A DNA stretch of 64,000 nucleotides from Raillietiella orientalis (GCA_036172245.1 JAYWIR010000008.1:3968001-4032000); one strand, 5' to 3'; counted from the stretch's first letter, positions 1-13,028 are shown. Notes: generated by a model not told the origin, from the letters alone. Numbers and translations are program-made.

Positions 1-30
1 GGTCCGAGAGGCTGCTGTGAGATTTTGACG

Positions 31-1035
31 GTGATCGCGCGGTCACGGGGATGGCGATCACGTGAGCAGCTGCCTGCTGGTTGGTCACAAGACCCGCGTG
101 AGAGCGCCGCCTCGGGACTGGAGGATTCCCGCGCGCTCTTCCATGAGCACCGCGACGTCCGAACCCTTGTCGCGCGGTCCGCACCGTCGCCGCGGCAACG
201 GCCACGCCGGCAGGGAGATCGCGGGCGAGTACTGGCGCGGTGGGAACGACTGCTCTTCGAGATCGCCGTGCTGGGAAGCGTGGACCTACTGCCGCTCTTG
301 CGAGGAGGATGGCAGCTCCGAAACGGGGTGGCGGGAACGAGGGCGGAGGGGAGGTTCCGGAAGGCTTGCTGAGGCCGCGTAGGCAGCGAGGAGGTCGGTG
401 GAACGATCGCGGCGCGCCTGTCGGGGATGCGGGTCGTTTTTCCTGGAGCCTTTTGCAAGCGCTCGGGTCGTCGTGCCGGAAGCAAGGGTGGATTCCGCGT
501 GCTCCCTCACCTCCACGCTGGCCTGCGGGCGCACTGCTCGACGAGGAAAGCTTGACGGGGTCTGGAGTGCGGATGCTGATCTGTCATCATCTCTTCGTCG
601 AAGGCGCGATGGCCAAGCAGTCCGATCCCTGGAGACGATTTCCCCTCGAACTTATAACACACGACAGCAGCAGCAGCAGCAGCTGTTCTGCTGCATCGGG
701 AGTGCTCGAGAAAGCAAGTCCGGATGCAGTGCGAGTCACGGATTCGCGCTGCCAGTCTGTCTACCACAACTCGGTCGTTGCTAAGGGGACGTGTCCTCTT
801 GGTGCGCCGTGGCTGGCGAAGGCGACGTGTGTGTGCCGTGGGCGACTTCTGGACTCTGAAGCTGCCGGCTGCAAATGGCAAAGATGGCGGGTACGGAAGG
901 GTTGGCACGTGGGACCTTGAGGCGGTTCCCCCACCAGCGTGTTTCGGGGGCTGTACTTGGGGAGGTTCGGTGGGCACGTACGGGTGGGGCGGGTTGGTCA
1001 GGGATAGGCTCACGAGAGGGGGGCGCTGATGTCGG
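31..1035 (+). repeat. 1,005-bp direct duplication, copy A (partner 39655-40659); content resembles a decayed LINE ORF1 esterase region
   Basis: Sequence from gtgatcgcgc (31) to tgatgtcgg (1035) recurs at a constant offset of 39624. I counted about six substitutions by eye. Near-identical ORFs appear in the track (240..920 vs 39864..40544). Confidence 0.97.
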
Positions 1036-3663
1036 GTTCTGCGTCGTTTCGCTCCCTTCTCTCAGGATGATCTTTCGACACGAGAAACCTCTCGGAGTCG
1101 TTGCTTCGAGTCGAGAGATCCGGTGAGGATGCGCGCCGCAGTACTAGGAGGAAGAGAGACGAAGCTGCAAAGCCTGTCCGTTCGCTGAGGGAGCAGTGTG
1201 GCGGTGATCCCATGTCCCATTCATGCAGGAGCACTCCTTCTGGGGGCCGTAGAGAGAGGAAGGAGATGCCTTAAACAGGATACTTCTGATAGGGGTGCGA
1301 AAAGGGAGACTGTGGTTCGCAGCAAGGAATCGATGACTTCCCGTAGTTTTGCTCGGGAAGGGGGTCGAGAGAGCAAGCTCTATGCTGAATGGATATGGAG
1401 CGGTGCAACGGTGTTCTGTAAGGGGAATGTCTCGTCTCCTTCGGAAAGGTGAGGAGAAGGCTGGAGATTTGGGGAACAAGGGGAAAGGGCAGAGTGTTTG
1501 CCGTGTCGTTGGATGCTCGAGCACGGAGAATGGGCAGAGTGGAGCTGTGGACACGTCAGTTGGAGTTGCTGGAGAGATTGATGAGGCTGCTGGCGCGAAA
1601 GGCAAAGGAGCGCGCCATCCTGGTGGGATCCGTCTCTAAGGGGAGGATGAAGGGAAAACGGAAGGATAAATATATAAGTGAAAAAGAAGGTTAAGTTCCC
1701 TCTAAGGACCGGCATGGTGCTGGAGCCGATGAGGGACGTTGCAGAGAACAAGATGAACCCATGATGACTTCTATGATCAAGGTGAGGCGTACCCCGAGAA
1801 TGACGTTTTTTTAGAAGAAGGAGAGAGAGAGAGATTTGCTCCCTGGGGCATTCGAGGTGGGAAGCTTTGCAAGAGAATGGTGCTGACATTTTACCCCCTG
1901 GACGTGGCCTTTGGAAAAAAAAAAAAAAGTCAGGAACTGGTAGGCACCCTTGGTCCGGCGGTGGCATGGGATGCTTTAGAAGGATGGCTGTCGTTCCCTT
2001 CTTCCCTTCCTCCCCCAAATGACTATAGAATTAAAAATTGTCCCTCGCGGGTGCTTACCAGAACGATCTCTTGGAAAGGGAGCTATGCATCTCCATTTCT
2101 CTCCCCCCCCCCTCATCCCAACAGGAGGAAAGGGAATCTTCTCCACCGTTCTTCCTGCATTTCCGGAACGCCCAGTCTCGAGGGAGTTCGCACCCGGCGC
2201 TCAGGCAGGGAGGAGAGGGACGGAGGGAAAGCGGGAAGGATGGGAAGGGATGGGAAGCGCCCACGGTGTTCGCGCGGAGGGCGGAAAGGGATCCAGGCGT
2301 CTCTTCCTGCCGGTTTTTGGCTTTCGCCGGACTCCAGGCGGCCCGGCTTTGCCCATGCCCGCCACCTCGGTCTCCGAGGATGCCGGCAACGCACGCTTCG
2401 TTGTTTGGCGCACCGGGATTTCCCGAACGGGCACCTTCCGCGGCGGCCACCTCGACCGCTTCCTGGTTGCCGGTTTCGACTTCGCGTCGCCGCAGGAATC
2501 GGGATCATCGCCGAGAAGGCTCGCTTTTTGGAGGGCAGGGAGCGGGCGCCGGCCCACCGAGCAATCGCCCCACGAGTCACGCCTTCGGCGCCGGGATAGG
2601 TGCGTCCAGGTTCTGCAGTAGCGTGGAGGGAGGCGATCCCGATGCCAGACTGGGATTTCCTTACCGTTCCTGAGACCTTCCCTTTCCCTCACTTGCCCCA
2701 CCCCCTTTGTGGAACTCCATCGTGCGCTGGACCCCCTCCTCCCCTGGCCACCATGAGTTCGCCGGTTTTCGACGCCCTCCGGGAAGGGGTCTCAAGAGGC
2801 AAGCGGAAGACCCTGTGGGACTGCGACCGCTACCCTGCTGGCTTTGCTGCTCACGTGCGTTCGACCCTCGTCTTCAGGAAGCCCTTTTCCCGGGAACCTT
2901 GAGGTAGCAGGGCTGCCCCCGAAAGGAGGCGATGCGTACTTCGCCGTTTCGAACTCCGGTCGTGGCCCGGATTCCTGGTTTTGTCTGCCACCAGATAGAA
3001 GGGAATCCTCCGCAGGTAGAAGAGAGAAGAAGGGGATTCCGGATTTATGAAGGACCCAGACTCGTGGGTGGGGACGCCTTCCCCAAAGGGAACCTCTCAG
3101 TTTTCAACTTCGCCCACGTCAGCTGCCTCCGCCGCCGGCGCACGAGCGCGTCACGAAAAAAAAAAAAAAGGAAGAGGGAAAACCGGGATATTTCCTGCCA
3201 GTCTTTTCACGTCCTCCATCCTTGATCCCAGGCGGCGTCTTCAAGGGAGCTCCAGCAGATACCCCTCCTCCGAGGTCCCTTGCTCCCTTGCTGCTGCTGC
3301 GCGTTCGGTCGAGCGCTCATCCCGTGGTCGCGTGGCACAACCCGCATCGGTGTCTCCCCAAGAAATGACGTCTGGCGTCGTAGGAGGTCACTAATAGTAT
3401 GCTCGATGCCGTGTTCACCACGTTGCGCCTCGGATGGACGTGGAGTTTTTTTCAATCCTCCTCTCCTCCCTCCCCTCCTTAGCGCAGACGGGAGCGACGC
3501 TGCTGATCTCATCTCCGCCGTGAGTGAGGACTGCTATCAACTGATGCTCCGAGTCCTGGCAACCTCGGGTCAGCCAGACTCAGACTCCCACCCTTTTGCC
3601 TGGGGGAAGGGGGCAGGGGAGAGGAGAAGGGATCCCGAAGGGTGGATCCTTCGAGGGCGTTGG

Positions 3664-4800
3664 TTTATTACCCGGTCATGCCATAACGTTTACTATAAAA
3701 AATAAACATACATGTGTAGTACCGTCGGTCCTACATTGTCCGAAAATGCTCAGAATCTGCTGAGTAACCGGCACGCAGGCCGACGAGGTTCGCCTCGGCA
3801 GTGGAGGGAGAGGGAACAAACAAAAGTAAAAATAAAACAAAAAATATATACAAAAAATTGAGAGGGTTAGGGAAGGAATCACTGTCTGTTGGAGGGCGTC
3901 CTACAGGATGCCGGCAAGTTCCTTCTGACTATGTCCCAGGTGGGGCCATCTAGCTGCTGTCCTCATGTAGCTCAGGGAGAAGCAGATGGCATCCCTACTG
4001 CGCCGTCCTCCTCTCGCGTAGCTCCAGGCTGCCGCAATCCCTCATAGGCAGCAAAGAGCTGCTAGGGATGCGACAAACGAAAGGGCATCGCGTACGAAGA
4101 GGTGCTTTATCACATCCCTGGAATTGTCCGTCGGTGCGCCAAGGTCCATTGAGTAACGCAACCACAGGGGCCGGAGGGCAACACACGGTCAAGTGTCGCA
4201 GCATCCGTGATATAACCCGTGATCCAATTATCGAGCTCCTTGGCCTTCTGACTGATTTCGCAACTGACTTCATTTGTCCAGTTGGTCACTGCACAGGATC
4301 TCTCTGAGGTAGGGCAGTTCCGCGGCTAGGGAGGTTCTTTGTGCCCACTGTGGTGGGTTGCACGATGACGTCCTGCAGCGAGCGGCTGTTGTAGGAGTGC
4401 AGCAGTCGCTGCCGCATCTCCAGGCTCGCTTCGTTGTCCCTGGCCCATGTGCGAACGGTTTCCTGCAGCCAGGCACTACCGTTTGCGGGCCGTTAGAAGT
4501 CCAGTTGTTGGTCTTGGTCTGCCTGTCCACTCGCCGGAGCTCCAGTCCGTAGCTGGACGCGTTGAGCCTGCGCCGCCGCGCCAGGAAGGAAGAGGGCGTT
4601 GGGATCTTCCTGGGAGAACCCATGGCGGTGAAGAAAGGCCAAGGGTAGGGGGGACGAGGGTTCGCAAGCTCGGAAGAACAACAACGTGGGCAGCCCGAGG
4701 CGACCGGAACAAGTGGTCCCTTCCGAGGAGGAGAAGCCAAGAAGACCTTGCGAGCTCGACCTGGAGGTTGGACGTCACTCAGGAGGAGGTGGAATGGCTC
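3664..4800 (-). mobile_element. L1/Tx1-like LINE 3' fragment, copy 1 (decayed ORF2 C-terminus + 3'UTR)
   Basis: Minus-strand peptides SSFLARRRRLNASSYGLELRRVDRQTKTNNWTS, RPANGSAWLQ, CVALRPLW and MRTAARWPHLGHSQKELAGIL match copy 3 (ASFLARCPCSLIHGGLHLRLVTTLARKNEWIS, RPANGDAWFQ, CAALRPLW, MRTESRWPHLGVVKQELAGIL). T-rich 3'UTR ends TAAACGTTATGGCATGACCGGGT. Confidence 0.85.
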
Positions 4801-5569
4801 GTGAGGCTGGAGGTGGATGCGGCTGGACGGACCCGGGGAGGAAGCCGGCTGGAAAGAAGGGCGAAGGACGCCGATGCCACCGGAAGGTCGAAGAACCACA
4901 AAGCACGCGATGGACGGAGAGTCGTTGCGGGAGGAAGGAGGAAGCCTTCCAGGACGAACCATCGCCGGTTCTTGGATGAGGAGAAAACTCAGCTGTCCGC
5001 GAGAGAACAGGCCCGAGTTTCTTCCAGGCCCCTTTCCGGAAGCTCGAACTTCCCGACCAACGGCCGGCTCCCGAGGGGAAGGTGGAAGAGGAGGACGAAC
5101 GAGTGGTTCGTTCTCCTTTCCTTCCTCTGCAGCTCGAACGGCGGGAATCAGACGGGACTCTGAAACCTGACGGGCAGGCGGAAGCACTGCTTCCGTGATT
5201 ATGGTGATGGAGAGGAAGAAGGGAGACAGTCTAGGCGGGAACGTACGAGGAAGACGAGCGTGCAGCGTGGAGGCTGCGGCAGGAGAGCCCCGCCCTCCCG
5301 GAGGATCGGGCAAGGTTCTCTGATCACGCCCCGTCCTGCGTCGTCGTCCAGCAGGCGCTGCAAGCATAGCTCGGCGGGAACCTGTCGGATGCGGAAGACT
5401 CTTAAAATTGGAGCCCATAGTCTTGGATCGCTCCAGACGCGGTCCCGATGTGCGGTGATGAGGAGAGGGTTCCTTCCGGTTGTCCCCTTGGCTCCCGCGG
5501 AGCGAAGAGCCGAACATGCCTGGATGAGAAACGAGAAGCTCCCGTGGTCACGGACGGTTTCACGTGGAA

Positions 5570-5750
5570 GCTCCATGACGTCCAAATTCAATGTAGAATG
5601 CTCCGGACTGGGGAGACCCAGGTGCAAGGATCAGCATCGTCCGCAAGCCCAATTCAAGTACTATGTCTTCAAGAGGTTTCTATCTTGTCAGGACGTTATG
5701 CTGTCACCGGCACCAAGGCAACTGTCCTCCGCTTCCTCACAACCGGAAAC
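5570..5750 (+). pseudogene. Possible N-terminus of an APE-type endonuclease (non-LTR ORF2 relic)
   Basis: FNVECSGLG followed, after a frameshift, by PIQVLCLQEV resembles the APE N-terminal motifs (NxxGL and xxCLQE). Confidence 0.4.
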
Positions 5751-5760
5751 ACTTGTTCGA

Positions 5761-5890
5761 TATAATAATACATATCGATCCATAAGGTATGATAATGTAT
5801 AATGGTGCATGATATTGCATAATGCGTGATAATGTGTAAACTATGATGATGTAATACATAATAAAATGGATGTATTAATGTGTTGAAATA
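5761..5890. repeat. Decayed AT-rich pentamer-like simple repeat (TATAA/TGTAA/TGATA variants)
   Basis: tataataatacatat...gataatgtataatggtgcatgatattgcataatgcgtgataatgtg; one of very few AT-rich patches. Confidence 0.7.
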
Positions 5891-6431
5891 TATTTACAGA
5901 AAGATGACCGCAGCTACTTGTGCTGCAAACAAATCCGGCTGTGGTCATGGCTGTATAAGAAGAAAAAAAGAAAGGATCATGCGACCTTCACAAGGGGTTC
6001 ACATGATAAAGGAAGTTCCCATGCGAGGCCACGGCGAATGCTGGAATCAGAATCTGGGCTAGGAGAGTCGAGAAATGCAGAGGAGACAAGCAATCAGGTC
6101 ACGTCAGCGGAGTGCCGTGAAGGTAAGCGGTGCACAGTCCAAAGATGGCTCCTGCCGTGGAGGCCATCAGAGGCAGGAAGCGCCTCGTGCACAGAGTGGA
6201 AGGAGGCTGACGCGGGAAGGACAGGTTTCTCAAGTCTTCCTCACTCTCTCCTCCTTTCCCTCCCTTCCTCTCTTTTGGAAGGGACACCCACTTCACCACG
6301 CCTACTGGGTGCCACGAGAAGAAGGGCACATCAGAACCGGAGCTTCCCAGAGATGGACTCTTGAAGCTGGAACACAGTCGGGCGCCAGCGGAGCCGACGC
6401 TTTGTGTAGCATGCTGATGCACTTGAAATCC

Positions 6432-6466
6432 GATCGACGATGCTTCCTAGGAAAGCATCGTCGATC
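6432..6466. other. Near-perfect 35-bp palindrome
   Basis: GATCGACGATGCTT-CCTAGGA-AAGCATCGTCGATC: a perfect 14-bp stem. Removing one A gives a perfect 34-bp palindrome. Confidence 0.95.
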
Positions 6467-6954
6467 AGGCGATGCTGTCCCAGGCGTGACCTCAAGGTGT
6501 CCCAACACTGCCGGGAATCGATCGCAAGCTGCGACTCAATGAATCTGCTGCTCCAGGGACGCGGAAGAGTGATCTCACCGGATCTCATTCGCGACGGAGG
6601 GTAAAGAGAGGCTTAACCGAAAAGGACATCTGATGAAGAAGAGCTCTGGCTCCCCACGAATCGTCAGGCATCAGGCTCCGGAGGAGTCAGGGCTGCGCAG
6701 GCAGGGTGAGCACCGAGGGTGGCTCTCCGTCCAGTCTCTGTGGGGGCACCTGCGCCGGAGAGGCCGATCGCCGTGGGTTCCGTTGGACGGAGAAATCGAG
6801 AGGGAGCTCGCACTTCCTAGGAGGTGGACGGCGCACATTAGGAGAGGTACGGGATGCAGCAGCACTCCCGGGGCCTCTAACGAAAGCGCGAGGAGGGATG
6901 CCGTCCGGGAAAAAGCCAGCCCCAGTAACCGCAACCTCGTGAGGAAGGGGAGTT

Positions 6955-7030
6955 GAAGGAGAAGGAGAAAAGAAAGAGGAGGAAAGGAGAAGGAGAAGGA
7001 AGAAGAAAAGGAGGGGGTGGAAGAAATCAG
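6955..7030. repeat. Polypurine (GA-rich) low-complexity tract
   Basis: gaaggagaaggagaaaagaaagaggaggaaaggagaaggagaaggaagaag... Confidence 0.85.
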
Positions 7031-7129
7031 GTGGATTGTCGGGAAGGAGAGGAAGTCCCTTTGGAATAAGAGATGTGACTAGAAAGAAGTGTCATGACAA
7101 CGAGCGGATGTGTTTTTTTTTTTCATGGT

Positions 7130-8920
7130 TAACAAAGGTGGTGAAGGCGGATGAAGCCGGTAAAGGTTCCTGAGAACGAGCTCACTGCCTTAACCCTGCT
7201 TGAAGACGGAATAGGGTCCCAGAGACTCCGGCCGGATTCTCGGGAGGGGAAGTTGCATTCCAGACTTTTACATGCGAAGTTCGGTCAGCGGCGGATGGAG
7301 CGAGGTGATATCTTCGTGATACCTATGTGCGGGAAGACTGATGCCGCGAGCATGGAAGGAGAGGCGTGGCAAGGGAACGCCCGAATCTCTTCCCCTGAGG
7401 CAATTCCTCGAATTCACTTGGGAAGGGGAGAGGGGAGGAGTGTTGGAACACCCTGTCAAAATCCGAACCGTTGGTTTTTCCCACATTCTCGGTCCTACGA
7501 GGAGCGAAGCCCCACGATCTCTGGAGGAGAAGACCTCTGTGCGTGCGCAACGGAAGGTCTGTGGAGGTCAGAGAGAAATGCTGGAAGCTCTGGGAAACAG
7601 AGAAGCGCTCCTGTCCTGAGGAGATCCAGGAATCCAAAGCGATAAGGAAGGGGATGACAATAGCAGCTTACTCGCTCCGGAAGAGGCCATTCCCGGGAAA
7701 GAGGACAGCCTCACGTCTCACCTTTCGCGGCAGGATCACGAGGAGCCTGAGGTTTCGAAGGTAATTGCTGCTGCCCTTTCTCTGCTTTCCTTCTCGATGA
7801 GATCCTGTGACCTTCCTTGGCTGTTCATGGTGGCAGGCGAACAATCGTGTGCGGTTTGGGACTCACAGCACATAGCTGAAATCGAGAAACAGGACTCGGA
7901 CCAGGGAATGGGCAAAGAGCTGAATCTTGCAAATGGTGTTCCTCGCTACCCTGTTCCCGGGTTTCCCTGCTGCTCCACCCGCTACTTTAAGGTGCGCGCG
8001 AGCCTCAGTCCCGCGGTCCCAGGGTCCTTCCGCCTCGGTCCTTCCTCCTGGAGATTGTGAATGGTGCCTTGAGGGTAGGAGGAGGGTGTTCTCTGGCAAG
8101 TGCCCTTCTTGATCCTGCCCGGTCACCCTCTGTTGCGAACGAGACACCTGGGGGTATCCGAGGATTCCTTGAGTTCCACCTGCTCCTTCGCGCCGCGCCC
8201 CGTATCCCGCAGGAACGTGGCAACAAGTTGGCGTGAGTTCGGAAACTGCAGTGGAGAGCTCAGGCGGAGGTCATGCGCTAGATCCTGGCTGCGACTGCCC
8301 ATTGGCCTGTGAGGAACTGTCGTCTACTGTGCGCAGCCGACCCCCTCCGGAGAGCTCCTGGATGCCACCAGCCACGGTTCACCCCTTCCTCCGAACTCCC
8401 CTGGATCCTCCCTGCTAGCAGTATATCTCGTGGCGTGGGAAGAATGGAGAAGGCAAACGGGCACGAGGAGCTTCCGCAGAGCCGGGTTTTCCACGCCAAC
8501 GGGGAAGTGGCATGAGCAGACTCTTACCGGTCCTCTGTCCCCCGGTTCTGGCTCGTTCCGGGTCCTGATGTCTCCATCGCTTTCCCAACATTGTCCTCAT
8601 CCGGGATTACTGGACCATTTTTTTAAGATGAACAAGTGAGATTCTGGCTCTCGGAAAGGTTCCAGCATGTCCCGTCCTGAAGCACGAGGGATAATCCTCC
8701 TCGCAGGGAACAGACCTGGGAAGGGGTGAAGGGAGTGAATTCTTGGGGCTTTGGTAGAACCTACTCTGCATTTCCTGCCATTTTTTTTCCCTGGTCATCC
8801 AGCGTGATTTCCTCTTCCTGACTGCCAGACCATTCGTCTAAAATGAAGAAATGGAATTTGTAGAGTCGGGAAGCGACCGACGTCTGCTGGTCCGAAACGA
8901 ATGGGAATGACCTCGCTAGG
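7130..8920 (-). mobile_element. Decayed RTE-like LINE relic (endonuclease 8450-8920, then RT 7130-8150)
   Basis: Minus-strand motifs in the expected order across frameshifts: EEEITLDDQ (GDFN-like), GRDMLEPFREPESHLFILKKW, CWESDGDIRTRNE, IKKGTCQ, EQQGNPGTG*RGTPFARFSSL (QxGFRxGRGT-like), AKGET*GCPLSR (GVRQGCPLSP-like). Confidence 0.55.
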
Positions 8921-9769
8921 GAAGGGGAAAGGGAGAATAAGAAGTGAATCAGTGGATGAATAGGGAATGGGAAGGACCGGTCTCGCGTACTAAACACGAT
9001 TCCCGAGGGCTCACATTGGGCTGGGGCGGGTGTGAGTTTAGCGGTGTGAGGGTCAGCCCTCCCATGAACGCCCGTAGTTTCCCTGATACCCTACCTACCG
9101 GACCGATCTATGCCCTCGCCTTTAGCATGCAGATGATAGCGATTGCAAAGGACTTACCGGGATGCCAGCCCGCCCCTTTCGCCTCACTTACAATCCCCAC
9201 AACCGCTGTCACGTGGCGGAGAAACCGGCAGCGAGGAGGCAGCACATGTAAGGGTGGTCAGTTCTCTCGGGAGGTCCTGCAGGGAGGCGCCTCTACCCCT
9301 CAAGCGAGCTTCCATGCCCCGGCGGCACATGATTCAGGAATGGCTCCTCCGATGAAGCGTGGTCCGGGCTGACCGCGACCCGGTCTCGACCCAGGTGCAG
9401 CTTCTTGTCTGCCTTGCTGCAGAGATACGAGGGAGAGCCGGTGCCACTTCCCAGGGCGGCAATAGTTTGTGCATTCTCTCCTCCTTTCTCTTCGGGGAGG
9501 GAGGAAAGGGAGCTTCAAGAGGACAGGTTGAGGGAACATCTCGGCTCGATCTCGGCGAGAGAGTCCGCGGAATACTGCCTCTCCCTTGGGCCTCTTTCGA
9601 AGGCCCGCGTCCTCCGAAGGGACGCGCTGCAGCCGCATCCACACGGCAGACCCTCCGCTGAGGAATCGGCGGCAGCACGGCAATGAAGACGGGTTCGTTG
9701 CTGGTGAGGGATTCTCCCGGAACGCGGTGAGGTCCACGGCGTTTCCGGAACTGGGAAAAGCTCCATGGG

Positions 9770-10100
9770 AACACGTAGGAGCGGACTATTCTCCTTCCCC
9801 TCACCCCGCGTCTTCGACAGAGAAATTCGAGTAGTCGAAACGGAATGCGATCGGCACGCCGGAAACGCAAGACGCTGCCAATCGATCGGCTGCACCACGA
9901 CGAAGAGGCGTAGATCCTTCCCAGACCCTGAAGTCGTTCCTCTTTTTTTATATTTGCTAACGAAGCACCTGAGAGAATTCAGCAAGAGGAAGAATCAGAG
10001 CTCCCCGGAGACCGAACTCAGGGTGTTCGGCAAAACCTCGCTTTCAGATGATCGCAGGTTTCGGTGTCATGGAAACCTCCCGCCTGCACCGCTACCTCAT
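9770..10100 (+). mobile_element. Decayed CR1-like RT C-terminal relic
   Basis: ARRCQSIGCTTTKRRRSFPDPEVVPLFLYLLTKHLREFS resembles the CR1 KAxxxLGxIxRxF...LYxxLVRPxLEY region. Confidence 0.45.
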
Positions 10101-10599
10101 GTCCTAGAGAACCTGGCCTTCTGCTCTCTCAAACGTGGCCTGCCACCCTTTCCCCTTCTCTCGTCTCTGTTTGGAGACACGCAGAAGCGTCACGACTGAT
10201 CACTTTGCATGCCCCGCTGTGGTTCTACATGTGACACCAGAGGCACCAGGCGCGTCGCGGTGCTCGAGGAAGGGAAGGGGGGAGGGGGGCTCGCATGAGC
10301 GGCAGCGGACGAGTTCCTGGACCGAACTGCCTCTTCATTTGGTCTGATTGTTGCCAAGACGGGCGGGGATCGTCCTCTTCCTCCCTCCGCTCCGCATTAC
10401 CCGGGAAAGGCATGGGTGGTCATGCAGTTGATCCGACAGCATCTTCGCAGTAGCAGTAGCTGCCCCAGAGAGGCTTCCGGGGTCTTTACCTTTCGAAGGA
10501 TCCTTAGAGGACACGACACAGAGTTGCTTTCGACTTTCCCTTCGCTGTCTTTCAAAAGTTGGAAAGGAAAGAGGCCCAGGAATGCGTGATCCTCAGGTG

Positions 10600-10980
10600 A
10601 AGTGTGTTTGGGGGAGGAAGGAGGGGGGGAAGGCTGATGGATTCCGGTCTTTCAGCAACGAAGGACCTTCTTGCTATGCCTCAGCGAGTTCGCGTTTTCT
10701 CAACCGCTCCACGAGGTCCGTTCGGAGATTCCAGGAAGACGATGCTGATTTCCAAGGTTTCCATGACATCAGCAGTTGATGACAGTGGTCAGCTTGTCTT
10801 TTGGGCCGTTACCGTCGTTGTTCTCTGAGTATTCAGAAGCTGAAAGAATCCCTCACGCTCCTTAGAGTTTCCCTTTCAATTGTACTTGTGACCGATGACC
10901 TCTCTGATCTTTGACAGTGGTACTGCCGTCTTTAAAGATTGCCAGCTCAGAGTCCTCTGGTACGCCTACAGGAGCCCCCT
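10600..10980 (-). mobile_element. Decayed RTE-like RT relic
   Basis: GVPEDSELAIFKDGSTTVK...LKGKL*G..LS then STADV...IVFLESP resemble the RT B' and YADD regions. Confidence 0.4.
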
Positions 10981-12549
10981 TCTCTCAAGGAGGATCCCCG
11001 AGGAGCGAGAGGGAATTGCTCATGACGACACGAACACCTAAACGGCTACCCTGGAACGGAGACCCATCGGCGATCTCCCCTCCGGGTGGACGGAGCGAAG
11101 AGAGGCGGGTGGCTTCCCGTCTCCCGCCAGTTGCTGTGGCGACTCGAGGGTTCTTTTCGAACAAAGAGTAGTCTCGGGAACTCCCGACGCGGCAGCTGCG
11201 ACCGGACCGCTCCCGGGCGTCCAAAATCGGGGTTCCCACGTGCTTGCCCGCGGGGCTTTGTCGCCATCGGCGCGGACGTGCAGGACAAGCCAGACACGGA
11301 AGGAAGGAGGACAAGGAAAAGGAAGGAAGAGGAGGAAGGGAGGTGGAAGGGAGGTGGAAGGGAGGAAGGAATCAGGAGTAAAGGAAGACAGGCGCTGGAC
11401 TCTTTCGACGGCTCGAGATGAGGGGTCCCCACGGTAGCTCTCGTCGAAGGGAGAGAGGGGAGACAGAAAGGATGAACAAGTCCTTCGAGGTTCCTGAGCT
11501 CCCAGTGTCAGCCAGGCAATAAATCTCCATGCTCCCCCAAATTTTTGCCCATCACAGGACCAAAGACAACAACGGTGTATTTTGGAACCGCGGCGCCCGG
11601 TACGCGATGCAATCCGTCTTGACGCGAGGGCATCGCTGTTCCCCGTCACGTCGCTGACGCAAAATTGCAGTAGCGCTTGATTTATTCCTCGGCGGTAATG
11701 CGACCCACTGTTTTGAATCTTCGAGACACCTTCCTCCTCCGCGAAGGCTGCTGCTCCCGAGGGACGCTCACAGGAAAGCGTGCCCTGAGAGGAAGGCGGG
11801 AGCAAGGGGACCGACCTCTCACGCTCGGGCCTGGGCGGACGCACTCTTCGCTTCCCAAGAGGAAGGAAACCTCGATCCGCTCCGAGTTCCGCCTCAGGGT
11901 GCGTCTTTGCCAGTGAGCAGGCGCACGCGCCCGCACGTCCTAGGAGGAACGCACTCTCCTCCCAATCCTGGGTGCACCCATAAATCAAGCGTGACTGCGG
12001 GATGATTTGCATGGTATTTCGCAGCGGCAGGATCTGGGATTAATGGAGCAGCATGCGAAGGGACTCAGTTTGGGAGCCGGCAGGGCGCGCTGCTTCCAGG
12101 CTGATACCTATCTTTACTGCTGCTCATCCAGCCTCCTGGGGTCACTTTCTCTCTTGTATTCTTGCAAACGAACGCGTTTAGGTCACACCAGTCGCCAGTA
12201 CCCAAAGAGTGGGGGAGAGGAAGCAATGAGAGGAGGAGGAAGGTGCGTTGGGAACGCACTGCCACTGCAGTGCGGCCTCAGACCTCCCCGCACCGCACGC
12301 CAGGGAAGCCTTGGAAGATGCAGCCGACTCTCGAGCGGTCCATGAATCATCCGAACGATTGCTTTTTGCGCTCCCGCAGAAGATCCCTGCTCCGCCATCC
12401 ATCATCCGCAATCGCGCAGCTCCGGGAGTCCTAATTGCCCGCATTTTCCCTCTGCCCTTCCTCACTCCCTCTCCTCTGCTTCAGAATCAAGTGATTCAGG
12501 ACACCTCCAATTCACCATTTCGGGGCGGTCCCTTGGCCTTGCTCTCTGT

Positions 12550-13020
12550 CCGATGACTCCGAAGGGACGACGGAGTGGGGTGGCGGCTCCTTCTCTTCTT
12601 TCGCTTTGAGGCTGCTTGACAATGAGGGGCGCGGTAGCCGAAACCTCCCTGGGGATGCACCTCGCCCTCCTTGAGAGTCTTTTCAGGAATCCATTCCCGA
12701 TCTCTCCAAAATCTTTCAGGCGATCGACTTTTCTTCCCTTCAGTCGCCCGACGTTCTTTGAGCTCTAAGCTCCGCCATTCCGGGAAGCGAGGCCACGTTT
12801 CCAGGGAAACCCCGCTGCTCCGTCAGGCCAACTGATGCCGCACTGCCGATCGGCCTGCTCGTGATCACTCGCGGTTCTCTCGTGCAAAAGCGGGATTGCC
12901 GTCAGAAGTACGGAGGCGCTCTGTACCTGATCTGCATGCTCTGACATCGCCGTTTCCGGTAGTTCGCAAGAAAGGCGTCAGCATACTCCCGAAGGGAGGA
13001 AGCGCCTTCTCGCGACCCTG
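12550..13020 (-). mobile_element. Decayed RTE-like RT relic (N-terminal RT domains)
   Basis: PFLRTTGNGDVRAC / RYRA / TEQRGFPG / RCIPREV resemble the RTE KGDxxxCxNYR...QxGF...DxIPR motifs. Confidence 0.45.
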
Positions 13021-13028
13021 CCCTCTTC

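Noticed and set aside
560..940. THAP-like peptides (LICHHLFVEG on plus; RLKVPRANPSVPAIF on minus)
   Set aside because: The two motifs are on opposite strands and the C2CH pattern is incomplete.
6630..6670. Hammerhead ribozyme core (CTGATGA)
   Set aside because: No correctly placed stem II/GAAA or flanking helices.
8528..8916. Two minus-strand exons with canonical-looking splice sites
   Set aside because: The spliced frame hits a stop, and the region is explained as an RTE-like endonuclease relic.
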